DNA of 64,000 bases, taken from assembly GCA_004431415.1 (NCBI GenBank), contig QPMI01000220.1:62001-126000 (forward strand). The letters are read 5' to 3'. A model generated the notes under the pieces. The model had not been told where the DNA came from and did no database searches. It saw nothing but the letters and a program-made list of their open reading frames with translations. The first letter of the stretch is position 1; every line of letters starts with the position of its first letter. This DNA is from Cyanophora paradoxa CCMP329 (lineage: Eukaryota; Plantae; Glaucophyta). This document shows, piece by piece, positions 25,981 through 38,216 of the stretch. Position numbers and translations under genes: made by a program.

Positions 25981-26341
25981 GGGGGGACGGTGGAGGTGAC
26001 AGAGGGGCCGGCGGACACGGAGGTGGAGGGGGCGGCGGGCGAGCCCCGCGTGCAGGAGCCCGATCGCGATCTCGAGGAGGAGCCAGCCGCCGCCGGGCGC
26101 CGAGCCCGCCGCGCGCGGCCCCCGAGGGCGAGGGGGGGGCCCAGACCGCCCCCGAAGCTCGAAGCCGCTCCTGCCGAGGCCCCCGCGCCCGCCGACGAGC
26201 AGCCCGAGGCCTCTCCCGACAGCTAGGCGCCCGCAGTGCGATGCAATGTATAGTCCAGCAGAGACCATGACAGGGCCGCGCCGGGGCAGCGGGCGGGGCG
26301 GGGCGGGCGGGCGGGCGGGGGGCGGGGCGATGGGGCGGGGC

Positions 26342-29300
26342 TCAGAGGCCGTACTTTGCGGCCCAGGCGGCGCGCCAGCTGGCGTGCAGGGAGCCAATGT
26401 TGGCGTCGAGCCAGGCGCCCCGGTGCCGCAGCCACGCCCGCACCCGCTCCACGTTCCCTGCCCCAGCCGGGCCCGCGCGTGGGCCGGCGTCCCGCCGGCG
26501 GGGGCGAGGGGCGGGCACCGGCCCAGCCGGCGGCGTCCATGGCGAGGTTGTCCTTCCACCGCTCGAGGTGCCGCGGCTGCGGGGCGGCGCCGGCGTGGGC
26601 GGGGGCGGGGCGGGGGCGGGGCGGAGCCAGGCGAGGCGGACGACGGCGGGGCGATCTCGGCGGCGAGGCGCCCCACGGTGGCCTCCAGGCGCTCGGGCGC
26701 CAGCGGCCCCGCCCGCAGCTCCCGCCTGCCCCGCGTCGCCAGCCGGCAGGCGGGGCGGGAGGGGCGCGGGCGCGGGCCAGCGGGCGGCGGCGAGGGCGGT
26801 GAATGCGGGGTCCGCGAGGAACGCCTGCCGCCGTGTGCGCGGGCGGCGGGCGGGGCGGGGCGGGGCGGGGCGGGCCTGCCAGAGGGCCGGGGCCGGCAGT
26901 CGAGGGTTGTGGCCAGAAAGGCGAAGCCCTCGGGATCGAACATGTCGCAGAACCACGACCTAAGCGCGATACGAGTCACGATCCTTTTTACACGCAGGCA
27001 AGGATCGGAAGCTTAAGGCACACTCCTTCCTGCGCGCACCGGTTGAACGCGAGGCCGCAGTCCCTGCGCGCGCGCGCGGGCCGTCGATGCGGCCGGGGGC
27101 GGCGTTCGGGGCGGGGCGGGGCGGGGCGCGCCAGAGGGGCCCGGCGTGGAGCTTGCCGCCGCGGTCCTTGTAGAAGAACATGTTCTGCGGCGCGTCACGA
27201 TCAGCCCGGGCGACCCCGGCGCGGCCCCGGCCCGGCGCGGGGCGGGGCGGGGCGGGCGGGGCGGGCGCCTTGCGGACGCCGTCGGCGTCGCGCTGGAGCT
27301 CCTGCGCGAGGGGCCGGCGCAGGTCGGCGGGGGGGCGAGAGCGGGGGGCGGGGCGCGCCTTCATGAGGAGGAGGTCGACGAAGGAGGGGAGGTCGGCGAG
27401 GACGCCGACGCCCCCGGCCCCCAGCGCCTCCACGTCCCGCACGTAGTACCCGGGGGGGGGTCGGCCCCCGCCCCCGCCCCGCCCCGCCCCCCGCCCCCCG
27501 GCGCCCGCACCGGATGTACTGCCACTGCGCGTAGGCCAGGCGCGACGGGCGCGGGTACGTCATCTTGAAGCCTCCGGAGAGGAAGTAGCTGCGGCGGCGG
27601 TCGGCGAAGCCGGACGCCCGCCGCGCGCGCCGCACGAGTTGTTCTCGAGCTTGTGCTCGGGCCAGTCGCTGCGCGGCGTCAGCTTGGGCGTGAGGGGCGG
27701 GTGGGTGGACGGGGCGGGGCGGGGCGGGGCGCGCTAGCTGAAGATGTATCCACCGGTGATGGCCGATGGGCTCACGTCACCGGGCGAGAGGGCCTGCGGG
27801 GCGGGCGGAGAGCAGGGGAGGGGGCCCCCAAGGCGGGGCGGGGCGGGGGGGGACCTGGAGGTCGAGGCGGCCGGGCCCCCGGCGGACCATCTCCATGACC
27901 TCCCAGAGGCCGCCGTAGTGCCGCCGCCGCGCCTCCGCCCCCGCCGGCACGAAGAACGCCTGCGGCACGCCCCGCCGTCGGGTCGCGCGGCGCGGCCGGC
28001 TGGCCACCCGGCGGACCTCGACGTAGCGCGTGCGGGGCGCCCAGCTGCCCCGGGGGACGCGGCGGCTCGCGCGGGTACGCGTACGCGTCCGCGGGGGAGC
28101 ACGCGCACCGTCCCGCGTCCCGTGCCTGCCGCGGTCGTCAGCTTCCCCTCGTACGCCGCCGCGGCGCGCGGGGAGATTCAGGTATCACCAGTTGGTAGGA
28201 GAGCGCTGCAGGGGCGAGGGAGCGGGCTGGGCGTCGGAAGATGCGAGACCGGACGCGGCGAGGGGCGCGGCGCACCGCTCCTGATCAGCGACCAGCTGGG
28301 CGAGGGGCGAGGAGTGAACAGAGGTCAAAACGCAGGACAGCCATGCGAGAATGCTCACTCGCGGTGCCGGAAGCCTGAGCACGAGGTGAAGCGTGAGCTG
28401 GAGGGTTCAGAAGCTAGATTGAAGGCCCTGCGCATGCGTCGCACGTACCGTAGAGACCTGTAAGCACGAGGCCGCAGCGCAGCCAATTTTAAAAATCGAA
28501 TCTGTAAGCGTGTGGCCCAGAGGACAGGAGGCCTCACCCCAGTCAGCGTGCCTGCGCGCGCAGGATCCGCGGCCGGCGGATCCCAGTGCGGAGCAGCGTG
28601 AGGCCCAGGCCTGGGTGGGCAAGTGCGCGGATGCGCGCGCGCGCGCGTGCGTGGCGCACGAAGGCATGCCCAGCAGAGACACCGGAACCTCTGCGTCGGA
28701 GCACGCGAGCGTCGGAGCGGGGGCAAGGAGCGGGAGGAGCGGGAGGAGCCGAACTCTTGCCCCTACGGTCCGACGTCTGCATATTGTACATATACTGCGC
28801 GGACGTCAAGCGCCGGGCCAAGGAGCTTGAAAGCAAGCACCTCGGGAAATCCCCGGCGACCGTGGGTCCTGTAGAGTATACGTAGTGTAGTTAGTGAGGC
28901 GACTGGCCTGGGGTGGAGAGTAGTGTCTAGACAGTCATTCGAATTCGTGTACCGGACGTGAAAGCGTGCGTAACCGCGATGCGAGCGCGGTCCACGCAGG
29001 CAACTCTGGTTTCGAGCACCATCGCTCGAGCTCGATGCATCTATGATCTCTATAGCGAGCACCGCGTCTCGCCGCTCCGGAATGCATTTGCCTAAAAGCG
29101 CGCGCGCGTCAGCCGTATACTTATACGTAATCGATATCGATATCGAAATACAGCACCTTTGTAGTAGACAAGTAGGAGAGGGAGCTCCGAGCAGAATTCG
29201 ACGGCCGCGGCCGCCGCCGCGTCGTCATGCACGTCTCCGCCCGTCAACTGGACCGAGCAATCTGAGCTGTCGTCTCCACGCGCGCCGTAGAGGGCGGCGA

Positions 29301-29343
29301 GAAACGAGACGGCGAGGAGACCGCGCGCGAGCGTGCTGGCCAT
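26342..29343 (-). CDS. Secreted CotH-family kinase (spore coat protein H-like), multi-exon
   Basis: Signal peptide MASTLARGLLAVSFLAALYGARG. Spliced WAPRTRYVE|AFF..HYGGLWEVMEMV..|..ITGGYIF..|YPRPSRLAYAQWQYIR|..DLPSFVDLLLMK|ELQRDADGVRK|NMFFYKDRGGKLHAGPLW|D..|FLADPAFTALAAARW|ELRAGPL..RAWLRHRGAWLDANI matches CotH motifs. The 5' exons are small and less certain. Confidence 0.82.
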
Positions 29344-29731
29344 GACGCAGTAGCGGAAGAGCTGTTAGCTCCCGCGCGCGCTCCGAATCACAGTCCGGCT
29401 CCTTGACAAACTTGCAGCTTGTGCCACGGTGACTCAAGTTGTGACTCGTGAGCAGACGGGGGATACAGGGTCATTCGTGCCGTCGGGGTAGTGGCAATTC
29501 AATCAAAAGCCGGCCGCAGCACGCTCGAGACGCTAGCGCCGAGCCTCCGAAGAGACAAATGACGACTGCCATGGCTCGCTAATACCGCTACCTTAGCGAA
29601 CTGATGCCAAAGCCGCCCGAAACGGCCCGGCCGACTCGAGGAGAAATGCGAGCGACCTGGATCCGAACCGGGGTTGTGCAGTTGCTGAGATTTTAGGCGC
29701 CTGGGCGAGCGAAGCTCAAACTACCAACAGC

Positions 29732-32700
29732 ATGTTCGTCGGCGGGTTCGCCGTCAGCCGGGTGGCGCGTGGCGATGCTCCGGCAGCGCAGGCGCCGGCG
29801 GCACAGTTGATCGACGCCCCCCGGCAACGCGCCCGGGCCGCGGGGGTGGCCAACACAGTCCTCTATGCACCGAGCGCGTCGAGCTTAAGCTACTTCCGCA
29901 TCTCCAGGCGTTTCACCGTGAACCAGCACGTCGCGGGGTCCAGCGCCCCCTTCGAGATCCTGGCCCTTGCAAAGAAGGGCAAGAAGAAGGGCAAGTCGAA
30001 GGGCGCGGATGTAGAGGACGATGAGCCTCTGGATGAACCCGCCGAGGGCGAGGCCCGCGCGGGCGAGCAGGCCCCTGCGGACGAGAAGCAGCCGAACCCC
30101 GCATCGGAGCGCGTGGACTCACCGGTTGCGACCGGTCGGCGCCTTCCGGGCACTCATTTGCGCCTGGAGAATGTCCAGATGGTGCGCGCGCGGCCCCCGG
30201 CCCCGCCTCGGGCCCGCCAGCTAACCCCGCGCCCCCGCAGTACTTCCCCAAGAACGAGGTCCTGAAGGACGTGCGCGGCTGCCTTAGCTTTGCGCTAGCT
30301 TTGCTTCACATGCTTACGCGCCGCGCCCCGCCGCTCTCCCCGCGAGCAGGTCAGCTGGGAAGTGAAGGTACATCGAGTCTCCTTTCCTTTCCTTTCCCAG
30401 CGGGCCGAGCGGGGCCGCCGCGCCGCAGCCGGGCGAGCGCGTGGGTTTGGTTGGGAGCAACGGTGCGGGCAAGACGACGCAGCTCAAGATCATGTGCGCG
30501 GGCGCCGGCGCCGCCTCCTGCCCCGCCGCGCGGCCCGAGCGCACGCGCAGCCTGGGGAAGCAGGAGGCGACGTCCGGGGAGGTCTACATCCCGTCGAACT
30601 GGCACGTGGCGTACCTCACGCAGGAGTTCGAAGTGGACGAGAAGCGGACGGTGCGGGAGGAGTTCTACAGCGCGTACGCGCGCCAGATGCAGGTCCTCCG
30701 CGAGCTCAAGGAGGTCGAGGCCAAGATGAACACCCAGGACATGGACGAGCTGCAGGCCCGCGCGATGCACGCGCGCCGCGCGGCGCGGAGCGGGGCGCGC
30801 TGACGCCCGGCGCAGAAGCTCATCGAGCAGCTGGACCTGCTGCAGCGCGAGGCGGAGACCTTCCCCACGCTGGAGGAGGTGCGCGCCCCCGTCCCGCCGC
30901 GCCGGCGCGCCTCGCCGCGCGAGCTTACGCGGGCCGCCCTCGGCAGGTGGACGCGCGGATCGCGAAGATCATGCCGCAGCTGGGCTTCACCGAGGAGCAC
31001 CAGTCCAAGCTCGTCTCCGAGTTCTCCGGCGGCTGGCAGATGCGGTCCGCGCCCTCTCTCCCCCCCCCCTCTCCTCTCTTTCTTTCCTCTCTTCTTACTC
31101 TTTCCCCCCTCAGGATGTCGCTGGGGAAGATCCTCCTCCAGGACCCCGACCTCCTCCTCCTCGACGAGGTCCGCCCGCCCCTCTAGCCCCCCGCGGCCCC
31201 CCCGCCGGCCTCCCCCGCCTCACAGCCCGCTCCGCTTCCAGCCGACGAACCACCTGGACCTGGACACCATCGAGTGGCTCGAGGAGTACCTCAAGGTCCT
31301 TTCTTACCGGTCTTTCCTTCTTCCGCCCCTCCGCCTTCCTCAGCCGCCCCGCAGAGCCGGACGTGCGCGATGGTCGTCGTCTCCCACGACCGCTACTTCC
31401 TCGACCGCATCTGCACGAAGATCGTCGAGACCGAGCGCGGTCCGCCCCCTCCTCCTCCCCTCCTTTTCTTCCTTCCTCACGCGGCGCGCGCGCGCGCAGG
31501 AATCTCGACGACGTACAACGACTGCAACTACACCAAGTTCCTGGCCCGCAAGCAGGCGAACCTGGACGCCCAGCAGGCCGCCTACGACCGCCAGCAGAAG
31601 GAGATCGCCAAGCAGCGCGCCTTCATCCAGAAGATGGGGTACGCGCCCCGGGGGCTCGGTTTTCGCGTACCCCGCCCGACCCGGCCTTCCTCTCTCGCAG
31701 GGCGAAGGCGGCGACGGCGGCGCAGGCGAAGGCGCGCGAAAAGCAGCTCGAGAAGATGGAGAAGGCGCGCCCCGTACCCCCCGACCGCGCCCCGCGGCCG
31801 TTCCCCCCGCTGACCCGCTCCTTCCACCCTCAGGTCCCGAAGCCCTCTTTCACTTTCAAGCAGATCAAGTTCTCGTTCCAGGGTACGCGCGCCCACCCCG
31901 AGCGAGGGCGGGGCCGCTCACCCGGGGGGTACAGAGCCGCCTCGGTCAGGGCGGGAGGTCATCACCATCGAGGGCTGCTCGAAGAAGTTCGGCGAGAAGG
32001 TGACCCCCCCTGATTCGAACCCGGCCCGCGCCTCGATCCGAACCGACCGCGGCCCCTGGGGGTACAGGTCATTCTTGACGACGCGGAGCTCGTCGTCGAG
32101 CGGGGCGACCGCATCGCGTTCGTGGGGTACGCGATTCTCTCCGCGCCCCTCCCCGTGCTCGGCGGCAGCTGACGGGCGGCGGCGCGCGCGCAGGCCGAAC
32201 GGCGCCGGCAAGTCGACGGTGCTCGAGATGATCATGGGCAACATGAAGCAGGGTGCGCGCCGGTCCCCTCGCCCCCCCCTCGCGCCTCACCCGCCGCCTT
32301 CAGACTCGGGTTCGGTCCGCTTCGGCGAGCACAACATCTTCCCGGCGTACTACGCGCAGAACCAGGCCGACGTGCGTACCCCCCCCCCTCCTCCCCCCGC
32401 CTTCGGTCTCTGAGGGCCCGCCCCTGCGCGCAGGCGCTGGACCTGGACCGGACGGTCCTGCAGACCCTCGAGGAGACCGGCGTCGAGATGAAGCACGAGG
32501 ACGTGCGCAGCACCCCGCCAACACTTCCCCGCCCCTCCACTCCCCGACGCCCCTCGCCGCCCGCTCAGATGCGGGCGCTGCTGGGCAAGTTCCTGTTCAA
32601 GGGGGACACGATCCAGAAGCCCGTGGGGGCGCTCTCCGGGGGGGAGAAGTCGCGGCTGGCGTTCGCCCGGATGCTGCTGCGCCCGGCGAACGTTCTCCTG

Positions 32701-33375
32701 CTCGACGAGCCCACCAACCACATCGACCTCGCGGGCAAGGAGGTCCGCCCCCCCGCCCCGCGTGCCCGCTTAAGTTCCAAGCTTGCTGCCCCGTTCTTTA
32801 ATCACGCCCCCGCGCCGCGCAGGTGCTGGAGGAGGCGCTGGTGGACTTCCAGGGCACCCTCCTCGTCGTCTCCCACGACCGCTACTTCATCTCCAAGGCG
32901 AACCCTCGAGAGAGATTTGATCCGCGATCGAGATTCGATCTCCAGGCTCACGGCCCTCTTCTCTCGCCCGCAGGTGGCGAACAAGATCGTGGAGCTGCGC
33001 GACGGCAAGTTCCGCGTCTACCCCGGCGACTACAAGTACTACCTCGAGAAGGCCCGCCCCGCCAGGCCCCGGCCCGTACCCCTCAGGGCCTCCGCCCTGA
33101 TTCCGGGGGCGCGGCAGATCAACGAGGAGCGGGAGCAGGGCATCCTGCGGGCCGAGATCGCTGCGTACAAGGCGAGCGCAGGCCCCGCTTCGTCTTCGAT
33201 CCGCCGTACCCGTCTGACGGCACGCCTCTGAGCGCAGGCGCTGGAGGACCTGGACGCGGCGCTGGAGGCGGAGCTGGCGGCCGAGGGCGAGGAGGGCGAG
33301 GAGGAGGAGGGCGAGGACGCCGCCCTCGAGGGGGCCCCCGAGGAGGCCGACGTCGAGGCCGCCCTCACCAGCTAG
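29732..33375 (+). CDS. ABC-F family translation factor (ABCF5/EttA/YheS-like) with probable plastid transit peptide, multi-exon
   Basis: Two ABC cassettes and no TM domain: GERVGLVGSNGAGKTT, FSGGWQMR, LLLLDE|PTNHLD, VVVSHDRYFLD; GPNGAGKST, LSGGEKSR, LLLDEPTNHID, LVVSHDRYFI. N-terminal MFVGGFAV..RRFTV..FEILA extension. Confidence 0.95.
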
Positions 33376-33874
33376 GCCCCGCGTGCGCCCAGGCCAGGCC
33401 GGGACCGGGCCGCTTCGTGCTAGGGGGGTAGTCGTAGGCGTACTGTACGTATAGAATTATAACACGAAATCGAAATTGGAAGACGTCGACAGCGCACGAA
33501 CATGCCGTCGTCGTAGGCGCGGCGCGTCGTCGACATGCACGCGCAGCCGCTGCGCATGCCAGCCGCGGGGCTGGCACAATCACTAGTACTGGGCACTGTG
33601 GGAGTATTCGTGCATTCGATTTCGCAATTGCAATCGGGGAACGTGTTGAGCTCTGAACGAGGTCGGAGGTCTGGTCAGGAGGGTACTGGTCTGGAGTTCG
33701 CCCCGAGAGGGTACAGGTCGACGCGAGTTCAGTTCAAATTTTCGCGCCACAAGCCACGCACACAGCAAGCGCCCGGCTTCGCCAGCAAAGACGCAGGCCT
33801 TGTTGAACCTCGCTCGGCGAACCCCAGCCACCACGCTTCCCCGATTCGCCGCCATTCGCCGCTCGCTCAGCAAC

Positions 33875-34556
33875 ATGGTCGCCACCGATGTCCTGCGCGT
33901 GAAGAAGCTCAGCGAGAACGCTACAATCCCCGGTGCGCGCTGCCGCGATGATGTGTGGCGAAGCAAGCGCCGCTCACGTTTTTCGCTCGTAGTTCGCGGC
34001 TCGAAGCTTGCCGCGGGCTATGATTTGAGCAGCGCCTACGAGTGCGTCGTGCCGGCGCACGGGAAGCTGATTGTCCTCACGGACATCGCCATCGCCGTCC
34101 CGGAGGGCCACTACGGCCGCGTCGGTGCGCCCTGCGCTCTTTCTCATCTGGCTCTCTCTTCGGCTTCTGAACGCTGCGACCTCGGCAGCGCCCCGGTCCG
34201 GTCTCGCGGCGAAGCACTTCATCGACACCGGTGCGGGCGTCATCGATGCCGACTACCGCGGCAACGTTGGCGTCGTTCTCTTCAACCACTCCGACAAGCC
34301 CTTCGAGGGTGCGCCACAGCGCACGCGGGCCTTGCGCAAAGCCGAGGCTGGAGCCGCTGACGCGCCTCGCGCAGTCAAGAAGGGCGACCGCGTGGCGCAG
34401 CTCATCCTGGAGCGCATCAGCACGCCCGACGTCGTCGAGGTCGACGACCTGGACTCGACGGAGCGCGGCGCCGGCGGCTACGGCTCCACCGGCATCAAGG
34501 CCAAGATCGGCGACGTGCCCTCGTCACCCGCCAAGGTCCCCAAGGTCGACCAGTAG
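33875..34556 (+). CDS. DUT: dUTP diphosphatase (trimeric dUTPase), 4 exons
   Basis: [13 protein letters not shown]|[16 protein letters not shown]|[33 protein letters not shown]..|[23 protein letters not shown] contains all five dUTPase motifs. Confidence 0.97.
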
Positions 34557-34823
34557 ATCTAGATGCTTTCTTTTCTAGGCGTAGCTTAGGGCACGAGCTG
34601 CATGTGCCCAGATAGGTCGGTTCGGTTCTCGAATCACGGCGGACGATGAATGTCCCCTAACAGTCTGATCTCGAGCTCGCGCTAACACGGCGTGGCTTCG
34701 TCTTCACGGCGGGCTGACGCATGCACTTGCATTTCGAGTACTTAAGGGATATAGATCAGTATAGTTTCTATAGCTATTTCTGCAGATAAGATCCACGGAC
34801 GTCGCCGGCGGCGCCGGGGGCGC

Positions 34824-37800
34824 TCAGGAGGAGAGGTCGACGAACTGGGCGTGGAAGCCGTGGGGGACGCGGGCGGGGAGCCGCACGCGCGCCGCCGCCT
34901 CCGCCTCCATGTCCCGCGCGTCCAGCAGCACCTGAACATGACACGAGGCGTCTGAGATCGAGGGGGTACGGTGCGAGGGCGCGGGGTAGAAGTCGAGGGG
35001 GGCACCAGCTCGGAGCGGCGCTCGGCGGCATCGAACACGTAGCTCGCGAGCCTGCGGGGTACAGGGCGGCCTCAGGGCGTGGGTCAGGGGAGGAGCGCGG
35101 GGTACAGCGAACCAGCCGTCGTCCTCCTCTGTCGCGCCCGGCCGGGGGATGAACACGGCCTGCGCGGGGTACGGCGTCGGAGGCGGTACACGTCGCAGCC
35201 CCGTACCCCCCTCACCTCGCTGGAAGTGCGACCGAGGCCGTAGGGGTGCTCGGTGACCCGCCCCGTCTCCGTGTCGTACCTTAAGAGAGGAGGGGGTATG
35301 AGAGGGCGGCGGGGGGTACAGGTGTGGGGCAGGGAAAGGAATGCACTTGAGGAGGGAGTTGCCCTGGCCGTCCCCGAGCATGCCGTTGCTGGAGACCGCG
35401 TACCCGTACCTGCCGGGGCTTGGGTCAATTCCCGCACGAACCTCTGATGTCGGGCTCGGACTCGGGCGGCGGGCGCACCGGTGGCGGCGGCCGGCGAGGC
35501 GCTCGTTCATGCGCTGGAAGCCGCACGTCCGCTCCGTGTCGCCCAGCGGCCGGTCCTCCACGATCTGGGGGGGGGGAAGGGGGATGATGATGTGAGGGGT
35601 ACAGGAGGGGAGAGTGGCACGCCCCCCGCGCGGCGAACCCGCCGGGCCTTCACGTCGATACGCCACCTGCGGGCCGGGGCTTTAGAGAGGGCGACAGCGG
35701 TGGCAGAGCTCGGGCGGGGTCGTGGGGCGGGGCGCGGGCGGGCCTGTGCATGCGCTCCTCGTTCCAGCCCTTGGGGCGCGAGCCCGAGGCGGCGCCGCCC
35801 CCGAAGATGTCGATCCCCGTGAACCTGCCCCGCGCTTCGATCAGACGCCAAGGGCGAAAGGCATGAGAAAGAGAGGGGGGCACCGGCCGGCGTCGAGGAC
35901 GACGTCGTCGCCGTCGTCGTAGGCGTTGAGCACGTGGAAGACGTAGAAGGCCGGCGCCTCCACCCAGCTGGATCAAATTGAGATCAAATTCGAATCGAGA
36001 TCGAATTGGCGCGGGGCGGGGCGCACATCATGTCCCGGCGGGCGTCCCCGTAGCGCGGGAGGATCCCGAAGCGCGCCGGCTGCGCACGGGGCGGTTGGAA
36101 GGGCGTCGTCGGCGTGGGCCGGCGGAGAAAGAAGCGGACCCGGTCGGGCTCAAATCCGTAGATGAACTCGCCCTTCAGAATCCGCTCGAAGCGGAGCGTG
36201 AGGGGCTGCGGCGGGCAGGGGCGCCGACGCGTCGGAAGGGGGCACGGGCACGGGCGGAGAGGGGAGGGGGGGGGGGGGGGGGGGGGCGAAGGGGAGGGGG
36301 GTACCAGGTCCATGAAGATCGTGTACTTCTTGGTGATCGCGAAGTCGTGCATCATGACCTGCGCAAGGAGGCGCGCTCAGGCTACAGAAGCTACAGAAGA
36401 TGCAGCCGGCTCCATGGCCAGTGGCTGCAGGGTGCAGGGGGCGCACCCCGACGGGCAGCCTGAAGTTGGACGTGTGCACGAGGCGACCCTCCCTGGAGGG
36501 GCACACGCTCAGATGCGGCGCGAGACGCGCCAGGGCGGGCGAGGGCGTAGGATACCGGGACCAAACGCTGTAGCCGATGTCCGGCGAGCTGGTGCTGTAC
36601 CCGAAGTTGATCAGCTCCCCGGACTCGGGATCGATCTGCGAGGGGTACGCGGTCAGAACGGGTTTCGCTCGAGTACCGCGGGGCGGGTAGGAGAGCGGAG
36701 CGCCCCGGCGCGCCTTGGGGTGGGCCGAGAAGGGGTGCTTGAGAGCGCCCCCGAAGTTGAACGTGCCGACCGTCGAGAGGTCGTCCACCCGCATCTGGCG
36801 CCCGTACGCGTGAGACGCCGTACCCCTTTGAAGGGGGGGGGGTACGGGCACCTGCGTGGGGTCGCCGCCCTCCCAGAGGGCGAGCAGCCGCTTGTTGTGG
36901 TAGAGGACGTTCGTGTTTCCCGTGTTCTTGAAAACGACGCCCGCCTGATTCGATCCGGGGCGGGGCCGGCCGCCGGGCCGGTCAGGGTTACCGCAGGACC
37001 GAGGCGTGACGCGGAGGGGGTACCTCGATGAGGTTGCGGGCGACGGTGGCGAGGGTACCCGGGCCCGGGGGCCCGGCGAGGCCGCCCACGATGGCCCGCC
37101 CCCTCTCCTCCTCCTTCCGGAACACGGGGGTACGCACGTACTGCGCGAGAAGGGGTACGTGCACGCTGAGCCGGACGGGATAGGGCATTCACAGGTTGAC
37201 AATTGCAACGGGGCGCACGCGGTTGCGGTAGCTGGCGGATCCGTTCTCAAGGCGGACGCTGTGGAGCATGCCGTCCCCCTCGAACCAGTGGTGCGTCCCT
37301 GCGCGCCCGCGGGATCAAAAGCGAGCGTGCGCGGGAGGAAGCGGTCCAGCGCACCCTCCGGCTCGAACTGGGGGTTCGGGCCTGGCGGAGAGGCCCCGAC
37401 CAGCGGTCAGCGGTCACGTCAGCGGGCTTCGGAGCGCACGGCCCGGCCCCAGGGCGGCGGCGTGCGGCGCACCGTTGCGGATGAAGCAGCCGCGGATCTC
37501 CTCCGGGATGCGGCCGATGACCTCCAGGTCCTCCGGGCCCAGCGTCAGCTCGTGCCGCACGGGACCGTAGTTTCCGTCCAGGATCGCTGCGCATGCACCG
37601 GCGACGTCAGCACGGAGTTTCGTTACGACGTGACACGATCTATGCGCATTTCGTGGAAGAGAGCTCGGCGCGCTCGCGCACGGTTCGAGTTCTTGGGCAG
37701 CTCAGGCGCAGGGACGTCGAACGCCGCGGGCCGCGAGGCCTTCGCAGCCGGGGCGGACGGCATCGCCGCCGCTGCTCCGGATGCCGCAGCCTCGCAGGAC

Positions 37801-37940
37801 GGCGAGTACGAGTACGTGGGGCGCCGGCGAGCGGCGCGCCGGGCCCGGCCGGCGGCGCCCGCGCGTGCCGGGCTCGATGTCGTGTCATTGAGCTCGACAC
37901 GCGCCGATGTGAGGCTCCAGCCGAGGCCTGCGGCTGCCAT
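34824..37940 (-). CDS. Carotenoid cleavage oxygenase (RPE65/CCD family), N-terminal extension possibly a transit peptide, multi-exon
   Basis: LDGNYGPV..GRIP..IRNG|PNP..HWFEGDGMLH..NTGNTN..LLALWEGG..FSAHPK|IDP..MMHDFAITK..FHVLNAYD..E|AVFIPR..EEDDGW..RVPHGFHA. All four Fe-binding His are present. Confidence 0.94.
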
Positions 37941-38216
37941 GAGAGTCACGGGCGTGCCACCGTATTTGCGCACGTGCACTTCACGCACCGGCGAGGGGGC
38001 GCGCCGCCAATGCGCTGGCGCTGCTGAACAAGGTCTGGGCCATCGCGTGCCGGCTGAAGCTTGGCGTGCCGGTCGACGTTGACGTCGAGCTGTCAGCTTC
38101 TGCCGTTCGTCCCTGTACCCTGCCGATCAAACTTCCGACTTCGCCCCGACGCCGGCCGCGCCGTCGCAGACCTATCGGAGCTTCTCCACAGCTAGCTGAT
38201 CCTGCTGCCGGCCGAC

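Noticed and set aside
33875-34556. Viral or retroelement origin of dUTPase (and of the ankyrin/F-box genes)
   Set aside because: All have host-type introns and codon bias; no capsid, integrase, RT or transposase seen in the window.
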